Below are positions 18,290 through 28,928 of a stretch of DNA of 64,000 nt, in pieces (the first letter of the stretch is position 1; each line of letters starts with the position of its first letter). Location of the stretch: positions 9,326 through 73,325 of IMG/VR virus record IMGVR_UViG_645044602_000001; one strand, written 5' to 3'. The translations under genes and the position numbers were made by a program. The DNA is from a virus (Duplodnaviria; Caudoviricetes). The notes beneath the pieces were generated by a model that saw nothing but the letters and a program-made list of their open reading frames with translations, made no database searches and was not told the DNA's origin.

Positions 18290-19567
18290 ATGGCGAGCCT
18301 GAACCAAGAACAACGAGACGCATTTCAGGATGTCCTTGCATTCATCAACGATCCTGATCGAAAATTCCACAGGGTTTCTGGTGGAGCAGGTACTGGAAAG
18401 AGTTTCTTCATTTCCAAAGTCACCGATGACATCCTGAAACACAAAGGGCCAAACTGCCCTCTCATGTCTGTAGCAGTTACTGCTACCACCAACAAAGCAG
18501 CAGCAGTTCTCAAAGCTGCAATGCAACATCGTCGTGGAGACATCCAGACGATTTATTCATTCATGAATCTCAGAGTCCACAACGACTTCACCTCTGGTGA
18601 TAAGCGAGTGGTTCCTACTGCCAAGTGGGAGGTCCATGACCGGACTCTGATCATTGTCGATGAAGCCTCAATGGTCAATAAGACCCTGTATGACTACATC
18701 GACAAGGGAACCACCAAGAACTGCAAAATCCTGTTCGTAGGTGACAGAAACCAGCTTGCTCCTGTCAAAGAAAACATCTCTCCTGTTTACTCGAAGAACA
18801 AAACTGAGAGTTTTCTTATCTCTCCAGTTCGACAACAGAACCAAAAAGCTCTCATGGAGCTTGCAGAAATGGCCAAGGACACTGTTCTGACAGGTGTGTT
18901 TCATCCCATCAAAGAAGTTCCCGGTGTGATTGACTTCGTTTCAGGAAACCAACTCAAAGGGATTCTGGAACGAGAGTATCACAAAGAAGATCCTCACAAG
19001 AGAATCCTCTGCTATACCAATGAGAGGGTGATCAATTACAACCTCTATGTTCGTCAGCTTCGTGGCTACACGCAGAACTATGAGGTTGGAGAAATGCTCA
19101 CCAACAACTCATCAGCAGAACTTGTGGACAAGACTCGTCTTTACACTGACCAAGTGGTAGAGGTAATTCAACGAGGCCAAGCCTATGAGAACGATCAAAT
19201 TGTACCCGGAGCTATCATTGACATGGTAGATCTCGTGGTTCGGGATCCAGAGACTTTTGCAATCTACAATGTGACAGTTACTGAAGACCCAAATGATCGT
19301 GAAGAAGTCCTCAAGTATTGGAAGTCACGAAAGAAGTGGGATCGGTTCTTCAAGTTCCAAGACAACCATCCAGATCTTCGCTCTGTGGCAGCCAGTACCA
19401 CACACAAAGCTCAAGGCTCGACCTATGACGAAGTGATCGTAGATCTTGCTGACATCGGAAAGTGTACACAGAACGATATGGCAGCACGTCTTCAGTATGT
19501 CGCTCTGACTCGTCCCAAGAATAGACTTTACATTCGTGGTGAGCTACCAGAGCGATTCTTCAAATGA
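18290..19567 (+). CDS. Dda/RecD-like SF1 DNA helicase
   Basis: Walker A GGAGTGKS, DEASM, GDRNQL, TTHKAQGST and YVALTR. Confidence 0.92.
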   Translation: MASLNQEQRDAFQDVLAFINDPDRKFHRVSGGAGTGKSFFISKVTDDILKHKGPNCPLMSVAVTATTNKAAAVLKAAMQHRRGDIQTIYSFMNLRVHNDFTSGDKRVVPTAKWEVHDRTLIIVDEASMVNKTLYDYIDKGTTKNCKILFVGDRNQLAPVKENISPVYSKNKTESFLISPVRQQNQKALMELAEMAKDTVLTGVFHPIKEVPGVIDFVSGNQLKGILEREYHKEDPHKRILCYTNERVINYNLYVRQLRGYTQNYEVGEMLTNNSSAELVDKTRLYTDQVVEVIQRGQAYENDQIVPGAIIDMVDLVVRDPETFAIYNVTVTEDPNDREEVLKYWKSRKKWDRFFKFQDNHPDLRSVAASTTHKAQGSTYDEVIVDLADIGKCTQNDMAARLQYVALTRPKNRLYIRGELPERFFK

Positions 19568-19577
19568 GGTAATCCCT

Positions 19578-22208
19578 ATGCACTATGAAATCATTGGCAA
19601 AGGCCGTCCTGCAAGGATAGCCATTCTTGTTCCCCGGATCCAAAAGACTGAGGTGATCAAACACTACATGCCAGTGCTTTCCCAGTTGAACGAAGAGGTC
19701 ATGATCTGTGATATCTATTTGAATCGTAAGAAGAAAAAGACATCACACACTGAGATCAAAGAGTATCTGGATGACCTCCTTCCAAACATCATCAACGCTG
19801 GTATTGAGTTTCTGGTTGTCGCTCAACCAGATTACTTCAAGGTACTGACAAAACAGGGGAAGACCGATGCGAACATTGGTGACATTTTTGACACAGTGGG
19901 TGGTCTCAAGACTACATACATCCCCCACTACTCCCGTGTTTTCTACGATCCGGACAAAACCAAAGCCAAAATTGACCAAGGACTTCAATCCGTCTTGTCT
20001 TACCTTGGATCCGGAACCTACCAAAAACTCGGATCGAATATCATCCATTCCGCAACGTATCCATCTTCGCTGAAGGAAAAGCTCGATTGGCTAGACAAGC
20101 TGATCGAGATGGATGTTGATCTGACCTGTGACATCGAAGGCTTTTCTCTGAAGCATTATGATGCAGGGATCGGAACCATCACCTTCTGCTGGGATCAGCA
20201 CAACGGCATTGCCTTTGAAGTGGATAACACCCAAACAAAGGCAGAGGATCACGTCCTTCGCCAAGCTCTGAAGACCTTCTTCTATAGGTATCGAGCCACT
20301 GGCCGACGTACGATCTACCATAACATCTGTTATGATGCTTATGTGCTGATCTACCAATTGTTCATGGACCATATCCTAGACCAAGAAGGTCTCTTGGAAG
20401 GTTTGGACGTGATGCTTGAAAACTGGGAATGCACCCAGTTGATCACCTATCTGGCTACCAATAGCTGTGCTGGCAATGAGCTAGGTCTCAAAGCTCAAGC
20501 ACAAGAGTTTGCTGGGAACTATGCTGTCGAGGATATCCAAGACATCACTCAGATCGAACTAGCAAAGCTCTTGGAATACAACCTCGTAGATGGTCTTTCC
20601 ACTTGGTATGTCTACAACAAGCATTACCAGACAATGATCAATGATCAGCAGTATGAGATCTATACAGGTCTCTTCAAAGATGCTGTGAAAGACATCATTC
20701 AGATGCAGTTGACTGGTCTTCCGGTCAACATGGATAAAGTCATCAAACTGAACAATCAGCTTGGTGCTGAATCTGAGCACAATGTCTGGAAGATGATGCA
20801 GACCAAAATCGTTCAAGGTTTTGTTTATCAGCTTGAAGAAGATGCTCTGAAAAAGAAGAACGAAAAGCTGAAAACCAAGGTCGTCACTCGTGCTGATCTT
20901 GGTTCAACTCAAGATTTGATGGTTGCTTTCAACCCCGGATCTGCTCCACAGCTTCAACGGCTTCTATATTCAGATGAGTTCCTTGGACTTCCTGTTCTGG
21001 ATCTCACAGACTCTGGGCTACCAAGCACAGGTGCTGACACTCTGGAGAAACTACTGAACCAAAACATCTCTGAGGAAACCAAAGAGTTCTTGAACATCCT
21101 TCTGGAATACAAGGCTTCTGCAATCATCCTCAGCACTTTCCTACCGGCTTTCCTGAAGGCATGTCCCGGCCCTGACGGCTGGCACTACCTCTTTGGTAAC
21201 TTCAGGCTAGGTGGGACTCTGAGTGGTCGGTTGTCATCAAACAACCCAAACCTTCAGAACATCCCATCATCTGCTGGTGGACCGTTGAAGTCGAGACTTG
21301 CAAAGCTCATCAAAGAATGCTTTGAAGCTCCTCCCGGATGGCTCTTTGTAGGTCTAGACTTTGACTCACTTGAAGACAGAATCTCTGCACTCCAGACAAA
21401 AGATCCCGAAAAACTGAAGGTTTATACCGATGGTTACGATGGTCACTCTCTACGGGCCTATGGTTACTTTGGTGATCAGATGCCAGATATCGACCCTTCT
21501 TCTGTGGATTCGATCAACTCCATTGCGAAGAAGTACAAACCTCTGAGACAGGAAAGCAAGGCTCCAACCTTTGCTCTCACCTATCAGGGTACATTCCATA
21601 CTCTCATGGTCAACTGTGGTTTCTCGAAAGAGAAAGCCCAAGACATCGAGAACAAGTACAAGAAAATGTACAAGGTCTCGATTGAGTTTGTGGAAAAGAA
21701 GCTCGAACAAGCTACTCGTGATGGCTACATCACTGTAGCATTCGGTCTCCGTGTTCGAACTCCCTTACTTGCACAGACTATCCTTGGAACCAACAAGACA
21801 CCCAAGGAAGCAGCAGCAGAAGGTAGAACAGCAGGGAATGCTATGGGTCAGTCATACTGTATGCTGAACTCCAGAGCAGCTTCTGAGTTCATGAAAAAGG
21901 TCAGAGTGTCCAAGCATAAGCTAGACATCAAACCATGTGCTCATATCCATGATGCTCAATACTATCTGGTTCGTGACGGTGCATATGAAGCTCTGATGTT
22001 CCTAAATGAACACCTGCCTAAAGCAGTTGCTTGGCAGGATGATCCTGAGATCTGGCATGATCAAGTCAAGCTCTCTGGTTCAGTGGAGATCTTCTATCCA
22101 AACTGGAACCATGGGTTTGATATTCCCAACGCAGCCAATGAGAACACGATCAAAGATCGTATCAAAGCTCACTTGGCTGAACTCAAAGAAAAAGGAATCG
22201 CAGCATGA
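19578..22208 (+). CDS. family A DNA polymerase with 3'-5' exonuclease (N4 gp39-like)
   Basis: DIE exonuclease I motif, SGRLSSNNPNLQNIP, DFDSLE (motif A), RQESKAPTFALTYQG (motif B), HIHDA (motif C); GAGG RBS before ATG 19578. Confidence 0.95.
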   Translation: MHYEIIGKGRPARIAILVPRIQKTEVIKHYMPVLSQLNEEVMICDIYLNRKKKKTSHTEIKEYLDDLLPNIINAGIEFLVVAQPDYFKVLTKQGKTDANIGDIFDTVGGLKTTYIPHYSRVFYDPDKTKAKIDQGLQSVLSYLGSGTYQKLGSNIIHSATYPSSLKEKLDWLDKLIEMDVDLTCDIEGFSLKHYDAGIGTITFCWDQHNGIAFEVDNTQTKAEDHVLRQALKTFFYRYRATGRRTIYHNICYDAYVLIYQLFMDHILDQEGLLEGLDVMLENWECTQLITYLATNSCAGNELGLKAQAQEFAGNYAVEDIQDITQIELAKLLEYNLVDGLSTWYVYNKHYQTMINDQQYEIYTGLFKDAVKDIIQMQLTGLPVNMDKVIKLNNQLGAESEHNVWKMMQTKIVQGFVYQLEEDALKKKNEKLKTKVVTRADLGSTQDLMVAFNPGSAPQLQRLLYSDEFLGLPVLDLTDSGLPSTGADTLEKLLNQNISEETKEFLNILLEYKASAIILSTFLPAFLKACPGPDGWHYLFGNFRLGGTLSGRLSSNNPNLQNIPSSAGGPLKSRLAKLIKECFEAPPGWLFVGLDFDSLEDRISALQTKDPEKLKVYTDGYDGHSLRAYGYFGDQMPDIDPSSVDSINSIAKKYKPLRQESKAPTFALTYQGTFHTLMVNCGFSKEKAQDIENKYKKMYKVSIEFVEKKLEQATRDGYITVAFGLRVRTPLLAQTILGTNKTPKEAAAEGRTAGNAMGQSYCMLNSRAASEFMKKVRVSKHKLDIKPCAHIHDAQYYLVRDGAYEALMFLNEHLPKAVAWQDDPEIWHDQVKLSGSVEIFYPNWNHGFDIPNAANENTIKDRIKAHLAELKEKGIAA

Positions 22209-22399
22209 GTCTTCGTACTGCTTATCTCACAATGACTCCCGACTATCCGGGAGAAAAATTGCAAGAAGTTTCCGGATATACTGAAATGCGAATGACAGGG
22301 AAATTTATCCTCTTCATCATTGATGGAGAGAATACTGAACACCTGTACTTCAAACGTAAGTACGTCCTAGAACTTGTCACTGTTAAAGGAAAAATGTAA
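22205..22399 (+). CDS. hypothetical protein (64 aa)
   Basis: ATGA overlap upstream and TAATG overlap downstream. Confidence 0.6.
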   Translation: MSLRTAYLTMTPDYPGEKLQEVSGYTEMRMTGKFILFIIDGENTEHLYFKRKYVLELVTVKGKM

Positions 22400-23406
22400 T
22401 GAAAAAACTGACCAACCAACATCAGATCGACCTGCCTATTGCGGTATGGCTTCTTCAAAATGGCTACTACAGCGGGGCTGATGTCGCTCCTGAAGGTGAG
22501 TTGATCAGTTTCTCTACCCTGATGAAACCGACTCGTCGGTTGATTCTGGAACGTCAAGTAGATCAGTCACAAGAGACAATCGACGTGTCTGATCTCATTG
22601 CATCCCGCGTGGGTCATGGTCTTCATGATTCCATTGAGCGGGCATGGACAGAGGGCGACTGGAAGGGGGCGATGCGGCGTCTCCATTATCCCCAGTCAGT
22701 GATTGATCGTGTGAAAATCAATCCAGATCCTTCTGAGGTCAGTGGGAACGATATTCCCATCTTCTTGGAGCAGCGGCGATTCAAGGAGATAGGGGGTGTC
22801 GTTCTCACTGGCCAGTTGGATTTCGCCATCAATGGTGCATACCGTGATGTAAAGACCACTTCGACTTTCAGCTACACCAGTGGCAAGAAAGACAAGGACT
22901 ATATCCTTCAAGGTTCGATGTATCGTTACATCATGCCAGAGCTTATCTGGCAGGACACTATGAGGATTGAGTTCATCTTCACTGACTGGCAGAAGTATCG
23001 GGCCAAGAGTGATCCGAACTATCCCCAAGCCAAGGTAGCTCACAAAGAGTTTCCTCTCATGAGTGAAGCTGACACTGAGCGTTGGATCCTTGACAAGCTG
23101 GCCGATATCAAGAAGAACGCTCGTCTGGCTATGAACCAAGACAAGCTCGTTCGCTGTACTGACGACGAACTCTGGAAGCAGCCTGATACTTTCAAGTATT
23201 ATGCCAACCCAGAAACCGCCGCTTCTGGTGGACGTGCTCAAAAGAGCTTCGAAAAGCTCGCAGATGCAGAGCTACACAAGAAAGAAAAAGGGAAAGGCGT
23301 GATCGTCTCCGTTCCGGGAGAAGTCAAAGCCTGCACCTACTGTCCAGCTTTCAGTGCCTGTGAACAGAGAAAGGAATATTTTGATGACAATCAAAATCCT
23401 CTCTGA
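22399..23406 (+). CDS. PD-(D/E)xK exonuclease (N4 gp42-like)
   Basis: GQLD...DVKTTS...QGSMY nuclease core and C-terminal CxxCxxxxxC. Confidence 0.8.
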   Translation: MKKLTNQHQIDLPIAVWLLQNGYYSGADVAPEGELISFSTLMKPTRRLILERQVDQSQETIDVSDLIASRVGHGLHDSIERAWTEGDWKGAMRRLHYPQSVIDRVKINPDPSEVSGNDIPIFLEQRRFKEIGGVVLTGQLDFAINGAYRDVKTTSTFSYTSGKKDKDYILQGSMYRYIMPELIWQDTMRIEFIFTDWQKYRAKSDPNYPQAKVAHKEFPLMSEADTERWILDKLADIKKNARLAMNQDKLVRCTDDELWKQPDTFKYYANPETAASGGRAQKSFEKLADAELHKKEKGKGVIVSVPGEVKACTYCPAFSACEQRKEYFDDNQNPL

Positions 23407-23860
23407 GCACTTGGAATACTACCCCACTACGGGAGAGTTGTTCTGGAAAAAGTCACCCGGTCAACGGGTGGCTGTTGGAACACAAGCTGGATCCCTTGAT
23501 TCCAGTGGTCAGCGACAAATCAAATTCAAAGGGAAGACCTATCAAGCTTCTCATGTGATCTGGTTCATTGTCCATGGGTATCAGCCTCAAGAGGTAGATC
23601 ACCGTGATCGAAATCCAGATAACAATTGTTTGGAGAATCTTCGTGAAGTGACTCATTGCCAGAATTGTCACAACAGAAAACGAAAAAATCTCTCTGGTTT
23701 TACCGGTGTCTCGAAGAAGAACAGTCGATGGCAAGCTCGCATTACCATTGACGGAAAAACTCAACATCTTGGAATGTTTGATACACCCGAACTCGCTCAC
23801 GCTGCCTATCAAGCAGCAGCAGAACAATCACACATGAAGGAGTATTTCCCCGATGTCTAA
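23384..23860 (+). CDS. HNH-AP2 homing endonuclease
   Basis: YYPTTGELFWK...VDHRDRNPDNNCLENLR...N, then AP2 domain GVS...WQARI...LGMFDTPELAHAAY. Confidence 0.88.
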   Translation: MTIKILSEHLEYYPTTGELFWKKSPGQRVAVGTQAGSLDSSGQRQIKFKGKTYQASHVIWFIVHGYQPQEVDHRDRNPDNNCLENLREVTHCQNCHNRKRKNLSGFTGVSKKNSRWQARITIDGKTQHLGMFDTPELAHAAYQAAAEQSHMKEYFPDV

Positions 23861-26045
23861 TTTCTATGATCTCTCTGTCATAGAAAACACACCGCATAAC
23901 CCTGCAATGCAAGAACTGGTTGATCTCCTGTGCCATCGTACAGGTAACGTCAATCGTGACTTCTTTCAGGCTGAAGTGGCGTATTTTCTTGGCCTGATTC
24001 CATCCACCATGAGGTGTAAGATCCGTTCACCTGAACGTGGTCTGCTGCCTGTGAACATCTATTCTATTGCTCTGGCTACGTCAGGCTTTGGTAAAGGTCA
24101 CTCTGTGAACCTACTCGAAGATGTTCTCATGGGTTTCCGTGAAGCCTTCATGAAAGGCACCTTCAAAAAATGGGTGAAACCAATCTCTTCAATATGGCAG
24201 TATATTGATGCTGCCAAAGGTGGTGATGAAGCTAAGGAGCTTGAGCTTCTGCAGAGTGATTTCAAAAAACAGGGTCATGCTCCATTCATCTTCGACTCAG
24301 GCACTGGTCCTGCTGTGAAACAGCTTCGCTACAAGCTCTTGCTTGCAGGTGCAGGCTCCATCAATTTCCAAATGGATGAGATGGGTTCTAACTTGTTGGG
24401 AAACAACGAAGTTCTCAACACTCTGCTTGAGCTTTACGATCTCGGAAAGATCAAGGCAAAGCTGGTGAAGAACACTCCAGACAATGAACGTGGTCTGGAT
24501 ATCTCTGGTTCAACTCCAGCCAACGTGCTGATGTTCGGAACCAACTCCAAACTGTTCGACGGTTCGAAGATTGAGGAAGAGTTCTACTCATTCCTTGCAA
24601 CGGGTTATGCCCGACGCTGCTTCTTTGGTATGGGTCGAAGCGAAACCAAATTCGCAACGATCAATCCGGAAGATGTCTACCGTGGTCTAGTGTCAAAAAA
24701 CCAATCTCAGACACTGACCCGGTGGCAGACTTTCCTTGCCAAGTTTGCAGACCCTCGTTTTCACAACATCGAACTCGATGTGCCTGACGACGTAGGTATC
24801 GAACTGATCAGCTATCGACTTCAGTCGGAAGCTATGGCTAATGATATGCCTGAGCATGAGGAAATCCGGAAAGCAGAACTCTCTCATCGCTACTTCAAAT
24901 CTCTGAAGCTGGCTGGAGTCTATGCGTTCTTGGATGAATCTCCTGAGATCCAGATCTCACACCTCAGACAAGCTATCAAGGTTGCTGAAGAGTCTGGTGC
25001 ATCTTTCCAAAAGCTCCTGAAGCGTGAACGAAACTTCGTTCGTCTGGCAAAGTACATTGCAACCAGTCCTGACAACCTGACCCATGCTGATCTGGTTGAA
25101 GATCTGCCCTACTATCCAACCTCGACTGTCGCTCGTAAAGAGATGATGGACTTGGCTATGGCATGGGGTGTCAGCAACCATGTGGTCATCACTAAGAATG
25201 TGATCCAACAAGTCGAATTCTTCTCTGGCTCAATGCTCGAAGAGACTGACTTTAACAACCTCATCTTCTCAATGAGTGATCACTTCGCTTACGACTATGA
25301 ACCACAAAAGAGATCTCTGGAAGATCTGGAGAAGCTCTTCAAAGCTCCGAACTATCACTGGGCTAACCATGCCTTTGAAGATGAACATCGTAGTGAAGAC
25401 AAGGTTATTCCCGGCTTCAATATGGTGGTCATCGACATTGATGGTCATGAGCGTGACAAAGAAGGGAACATCATTCGCAAGGGTCCAACAATTGAGCATG
25501 TTCATGCACTGCTTCAAGACTATACCTTTGCGACATACACGACCAAGAGCCATACAGACGATGAGCATCGCTTCCGTCTGGTCATTCCAACCAATTATGT
25601 TCTTCATCTTGAGAAGGACGATTACAAGGAATTTATGGCTTCGTTTGCAATGTGGCTTCCCTTCCATTCAGACACTGCTGCAAACCAGCGTAGTCGAAAG
25701 TGGAGGACCAATCCTCTTGCAAAAGTCCACATCAATCGTGGTCCGCAAGTGCTTGATGTTCTTCCATTTATCCCGAAAACCAAATCGAATAGCGAGTATG
25801 GTTCACAGATCGTTGATCTAGGTAATCTGGATAACCTTGAGCGTTGGTTCTTGAACCACATGGACGTAGGAGGTAGGAACAACAACCTGCATAACTACGC
25901 CAAAATGCTGATGGATGCAGGTGCTGACTACGACCAAATCGAAAAGAAAGTCCTGAAGCTCAATCAGGATTCTGGAACTCCTCTGAAAAAAGAAGAAGTC
26001 TATTCGACTATTCTCAAATCAGTGGCTTCCAAGATGTCGAAGTAA
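23853..26045 (+). CDS. DNA primase/helicase (N4 gp43-like)
   Basis: P-loop-like ATSGFGKG, DEMG, C-terminal DID/TKSH primase motifs and GGRNNNL PriCT-like domain; N4 synteny. Confidence 0.85.
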   Translation: MSNFYDLSVIENTPHNPAMQELVDLLCHRTGNVNRDFFQAEVAYFLGLIPSTMRCKIRSPERGLLPVNIYSIALATSGFGKGHSVNLLEDVLMGFREAFMKGTFKKWVKPISSIWQYIDAAKGGDEAKELELLQSDFKKQGHAPFIFDSGTGPAVKQLRYKLLLAGAGSINFQMDEMGSNLLGNNEVLNTLLELYDLGKIKAKLVKNTPDNERGLDISGSTPANVLMFGTNSKLFDGSKIEEEFYSFLATGYARRCFFGMGRSETKFATINPEDVYRGLVSKNQSQTLTRWQTFLAKFADPRFHNIELDVPDDVGIELISYRLQSEAMANDMPEHEEIRKAELSHRYFKSLKLAGVYAFLDESPEIQISHLRQAIKVAEESGASFQKLLKRERNFVRLAKYIATSPDNLTHADLVEDLPYYPTSTVARKEMMDLAMAWGVSNHVVITKNVIQQVEFFSGSMLEETDFNNLIFSMSDHFAYDYEPQKRSLEDLEKLFKAPNYHWANHAFEDEHRSEDKVIPGFNMVVIDIDGHERDKEGNIIRKGPTIEHVHALLQDYTFATYTTKSHTDDEHRFRLVIPTNYVLHLEKDDYKEFMASFAMWLPFHSDTAANQRSRKWRTNPLAKVHINRGPQVLDVLPFIPKTKSNSEYGSQIVDLGNLDNLERWFLNHMDVGGRNNNLHNYAKMLMDAGADYDQIEKKVLKLNQDSGTPLKKEEVYSTILKSVASKMSK

Positions 26046-26054
26046 GGAGACACC

Positions 26055-26789
26055 ATGTCCGACAACAATCCACACAGTATTCTGATCTGTGGCGAATCTG
26101 GTGCAGGGAAATCAATGTCCCTGTACGAGATGCGTGATCGGTCAGATGTACTGTATCTCAACTGCGAAGGCGGTAAGCCTTTGCCATTCAAGAACAAATT
26201 CAAGAATCGTGTGGTCACTGATCCTCTCGATATCTTGGATTGGCTTGAACAACTGGAAGAGATGGGGGAATCCAATCCCTTCAATTTCGTGGTAATCGAC
26301 ACCATCAGTTTCATGATGGATATGTTCGAGACTATCCACGTCATTAACTCTTCCAACTCTCAGAAGATGTGGGGTGAATATGCTCAGTTTTTCAAACGAC
26401 TGATCAACCAATCCTCGAAGGTCAATGCCTTCTTCATCTTCATTGGTCACTTGGATCGAGTCCTTGATGAAGAAGAAGGTATCTTCCGAACCGCAGTGCC
26501 TGTAAAGGGTGCTTTGGCAAAGAAAGGTCTGGAAGCCTACTTCACGACTGTCGTGAATGTAAGCAAACAGCCAATCAAGGAACTGGTCAAAAGCCCCAAC
26601 AGCCTTCTGACAATCTCAGAAGAAGATGAGGAAATTGGCTTCAAGCACGTCTTCCAGACTCGAACCACAAAGAAAACTCTGGGTGATCGAATCCGTTCAC
26701 CTATGGGCATGTGGGACCGGAGCGAACTGTACATCAACAATGACCTCGCTCCTGTCATCAAACGACTGCTCAAATATTACGAAGACTGA
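26055..26789 (+). CDS. AAA ATPase, Sak4-like ssDNA annealing protein (N4 gp44-like)
   Basis: GESGAGKS Walker A, VVIDTI Walker B; lies upstream of SSB. Confidence 0.85.
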   Translation: MSDNNPHSILICGESGAGKSMSLYEMRDRSDVLYLNCEGGKPLPFKNKFKNRVVTDPLDILDWLEQLEEMGESNPFNFVVIDTISFMMDMFETIHVINSSNSQKMWGEYAQFFKRLINQSSKVNAFFIFIGHLDRVLDEEEGIFRTAVPVKGALAKKGLEAYFTTVVNVSKQPIKELVKSPNSLLTISEEDEEIGFKHVFQTRTTKKTLGDRIRSPMGMWDRSELYINNDLAPVIKRLLKYYED

Positions 26790-26845
26790 CTCTGCTTCGT
26801 TGGTTTGACCAAACCAAGTCCTCATGAAACAAGAAGGAAATCCTC

Positions 26846-27679
26846 ATGAGTAACATTTTCGCCAAGAAGAAACCCGCTGCCAAAGCTGAAGTCGAAGACG
26901 ATTACGTTGGTGGTGGTGGTACGCTTGAGACGGATATCTATCCGGCTGAAATCAAGTACGCCTACATCGGCAAAGCTGCCAACAGCGATGCTCGCAACCT
27001 GACTCTGTGTCTCAAGGTCAACGGCCTTGATATCACTCGTCAGATCTGGATGACCAACCGTGATGGTGAAGTCACCTATCAGGACAAGAAGACCAAGGAA
27101 GTGAAAAACCTTCCGGGCTTCAATCAGGTCAATGGCCTGTGCATGTTGCTGGTTTCGAAAGAAGTCGGAAACATGGATGTCGAAGAGAAGACTCTGAGTC
27201 TCTATGACTATGAGTCGAAAAAAGAAGTTCCGCAGGCAGTGGACTGCTTCGTGGAACTGCATGGTCAAAAACTTCAGGTGGCTATCCAGAAACAAACCGT
27301 GGACAAGACTGAGAAGAACGAATCGACTGGTGAGTATGAACCTACTGGTGAGACTCGTGACACCAACGAATTCATCAAGTTCTTCCCGGAAGATCGTCTT
27401 GTTACGATCAGTGAAGTGGCTCACTTCATCAAGAGCCTCGGTGGGGACTTCGAAGATGTCCTGAACGACGGTGATCTTGGTAAAGCCATCTCCAAGATGA
27501 CTGAAGACGGGGACTATGCCACGAAATGGCTGGAGAAAAACCGTGGTGAAACATGGGATCGTTCGACTGGCAAAAAAGAAGGCAAAGCCTTCGATGGTGG
27601 CAAGTCCAGCGGTTCGAAGTCTTCGGGTGGTGGATCCACCGAGAAATCCAAAGCGAAGTCGAGCCTGTTTGACGATTGA
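26846..27679 (+). CDS. ssb: single-stranded DNA-binding protein (N4 gp45-like)
   Basis: LPGFNQVNGLC motif and flexible tail ending KSSLFDD; N4 synteny. Confidence 0.85.
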   Translation: MSNIFAKKKPAAKAEVEDDYVGGGGTLETDIYPAEIKYAYIGKAANSDARNLTLCLKVNGLDITRQIWMTNRDGEVTYQDKKTKEVKNLPGFNQVNGLCMLLVSKEVGNMDVEEKTLSLYDYESKKEVPQAVDCFVELHGQKLQVAIQKQTVDKTEKNESTGEYEPTGETRDTNEFIKFFPEDRLVTISEVAHFIKSLGGDFEDVLNDGDLGKAISKMTEDGDYATKWLEKNRGETWDRSTGKKEGKAFDGGKSSGSKSSGGGSTEKSKAKSSLFDD

Positions 27680-28614
27680 GGCAGGAAGACTTCATAGAGC
27701 TTTTCGGTGAGGTAGTGGACTCGTACTCAGTGCGAGTCCCTACTTACGTTCATGTGAGCAAGAAAAACAATCAAGCAGTCAACCTGAACATTTACCGGAA
27801 TCTTCATCACCATCATCTTGACACACAAAAGAAAAACTTCGCGGATGAGGTGAAGCCGTTACTGAGGGACAAGCCCCGAGCAGAGAGGATCTGGATCCAC
27901 TATACGATCTTCGCCTCAAGTAACAAACGACTCGACACGATGAATGTCGGTTCAATCACTGACAAGTATTTCAGTGATACGATGGTGGCAGCCGGAAAAA
28001 TTCCTGATGACAATTACCAACACATTGTTCTCTCGACTTTTTCCTTTGGTGGTGTGGTCTCAATTGGAGGTCATGCCATAGCAACGGTTCATATACTAAA
28101 ACCAAAACAAGAGAAGGAGCCTGAAAAGATGCGTATCTTGCTCGATCAAGATGACATTCAGAATGCACTCAACGCCTATGTGAAAACTCTTCAGTTTCCC
28201 AATGCGGACAAAGCTGAAGTCGAGCTTTCCATCGAAGACGATGAGATCGTTGCTGAAGTCATCATAGGGGAAGCCCCTGTGAAAAACCGTGGTGGTCGTC
28301 CTCGGAAACTTACCCGAACCACGACCTCTGCAAAGAAGACTGAGGTGACTGAGGATGCTGTTGAAACTGATTCTGAAGGAGGTTGCGATAGCACTGCTTC
28401 AGGAGGCAGTAACGCAGCAGAGACAGACGCTGAAGAAGGAGAGGCAGAAGCTCCTGTACAGCCCGCCAAAAAGGAAACCCCCTCGGGAAACCTTTTTGGG
28501 GACGAGGGAGACCAATCCTCGGACTCCACAGCGGAAGCTGAAGATAGTCCCCCCAAAGGGAAAACGACTATTGTGAAGCCTGCCAAGAAGTCGAGCATCT
28601 TCGATGTTGACTAA
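27676..28614 (+). CDS. RusA-like Holliday junction resolvase fused in frame to an acidic domain
   Basis: NLNIYRN...RLDTMN...DKYFSD...G.IPDDNY RusA-like motifs; internal AAGGAG RBS and in-frame ATG at 28129. Confidence 0.7.
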   Translation: MRQEDFIELFGEVVDSYSVRVPTYVHVSKKNNQAVNLNIYRNLHHHHLDTQKKNFADEVKPLLRDKPRAERIWIHYTIFASSNKRLDTMNVGSITDKYFSDTMVAAGKIPDDNYQHIVLSTFSFGGVVSIGGHAIATVHILKPKQEKEPEKMRILLDQDDIQNALNAYVKTLQFPNADKAEVELSIEDDEIVAEVIIGEAPVKNRGGRPRKLTRTTTSAKKTEVTEDAVETDSEGGCDSTASGGSNAAETDAEEGEAEAPVQPAKKETPSGNLFGDEGDQSSDSTAEAEDSPPKGKTTIVKPAKKSSIFDVD

Positions 28615-28795
28615 GATCAGGCAGACCATCACAGCGATAGCAGGGGTGTTCATCACCCTTGCTTCTCTCTTCATCATTGCCCTTCTGGGAGCAATGGTGA
28701 TGTTCGTGGGTTACTTCCTGATCTGGGGATTGATAGGGATTGCGGTTATCTCCTTCATCGTATTCCTTGTCTGGGCTTGGATCACAGACCCATGA
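28604..28795 (+). CDS. small membrane protein (2 TM)
   Basis: Almost entirely hydrophobic 63 aa; overlaps the upstream stop. Confidence 0.7.
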   Translation: MLTKIRQTITAIAGVFITLASLFIIALLGAMVMFVGYFLIWGLIGIAVISFIVFLVWAWITDP

Positions 28796-28928
28796 ACACC
28801 AATACCTACGGGCTATTAGCTCACTCGTGAGAGAGAGGAACTGCTCTCAAGAATCGGGACAAGTCGGCTCAACCTGTAGGTATCTCCCCTTCCTCGATTG
28901 GATTTCTCCAGAGGAGGAAGGGGTTCTA

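Noticed and set aside
23384-23860. Intron or intein associated with the HNH-AP2 endonuclease
   Set aside because: Both flanking genes appear complete and overlap its ends, so it is free-standing; the polymerase and RNR are uninterrupted.
24165-24205. Odd segment KKWVKPISSIWQY in the primase
   Set aside because: The shifted frame reads MGETNLFNMAV after an A run, consistent with compensating indel errors. The atypical FLRAGR (usually FLPAGR) in NrdJ also points to a noisy consensus.
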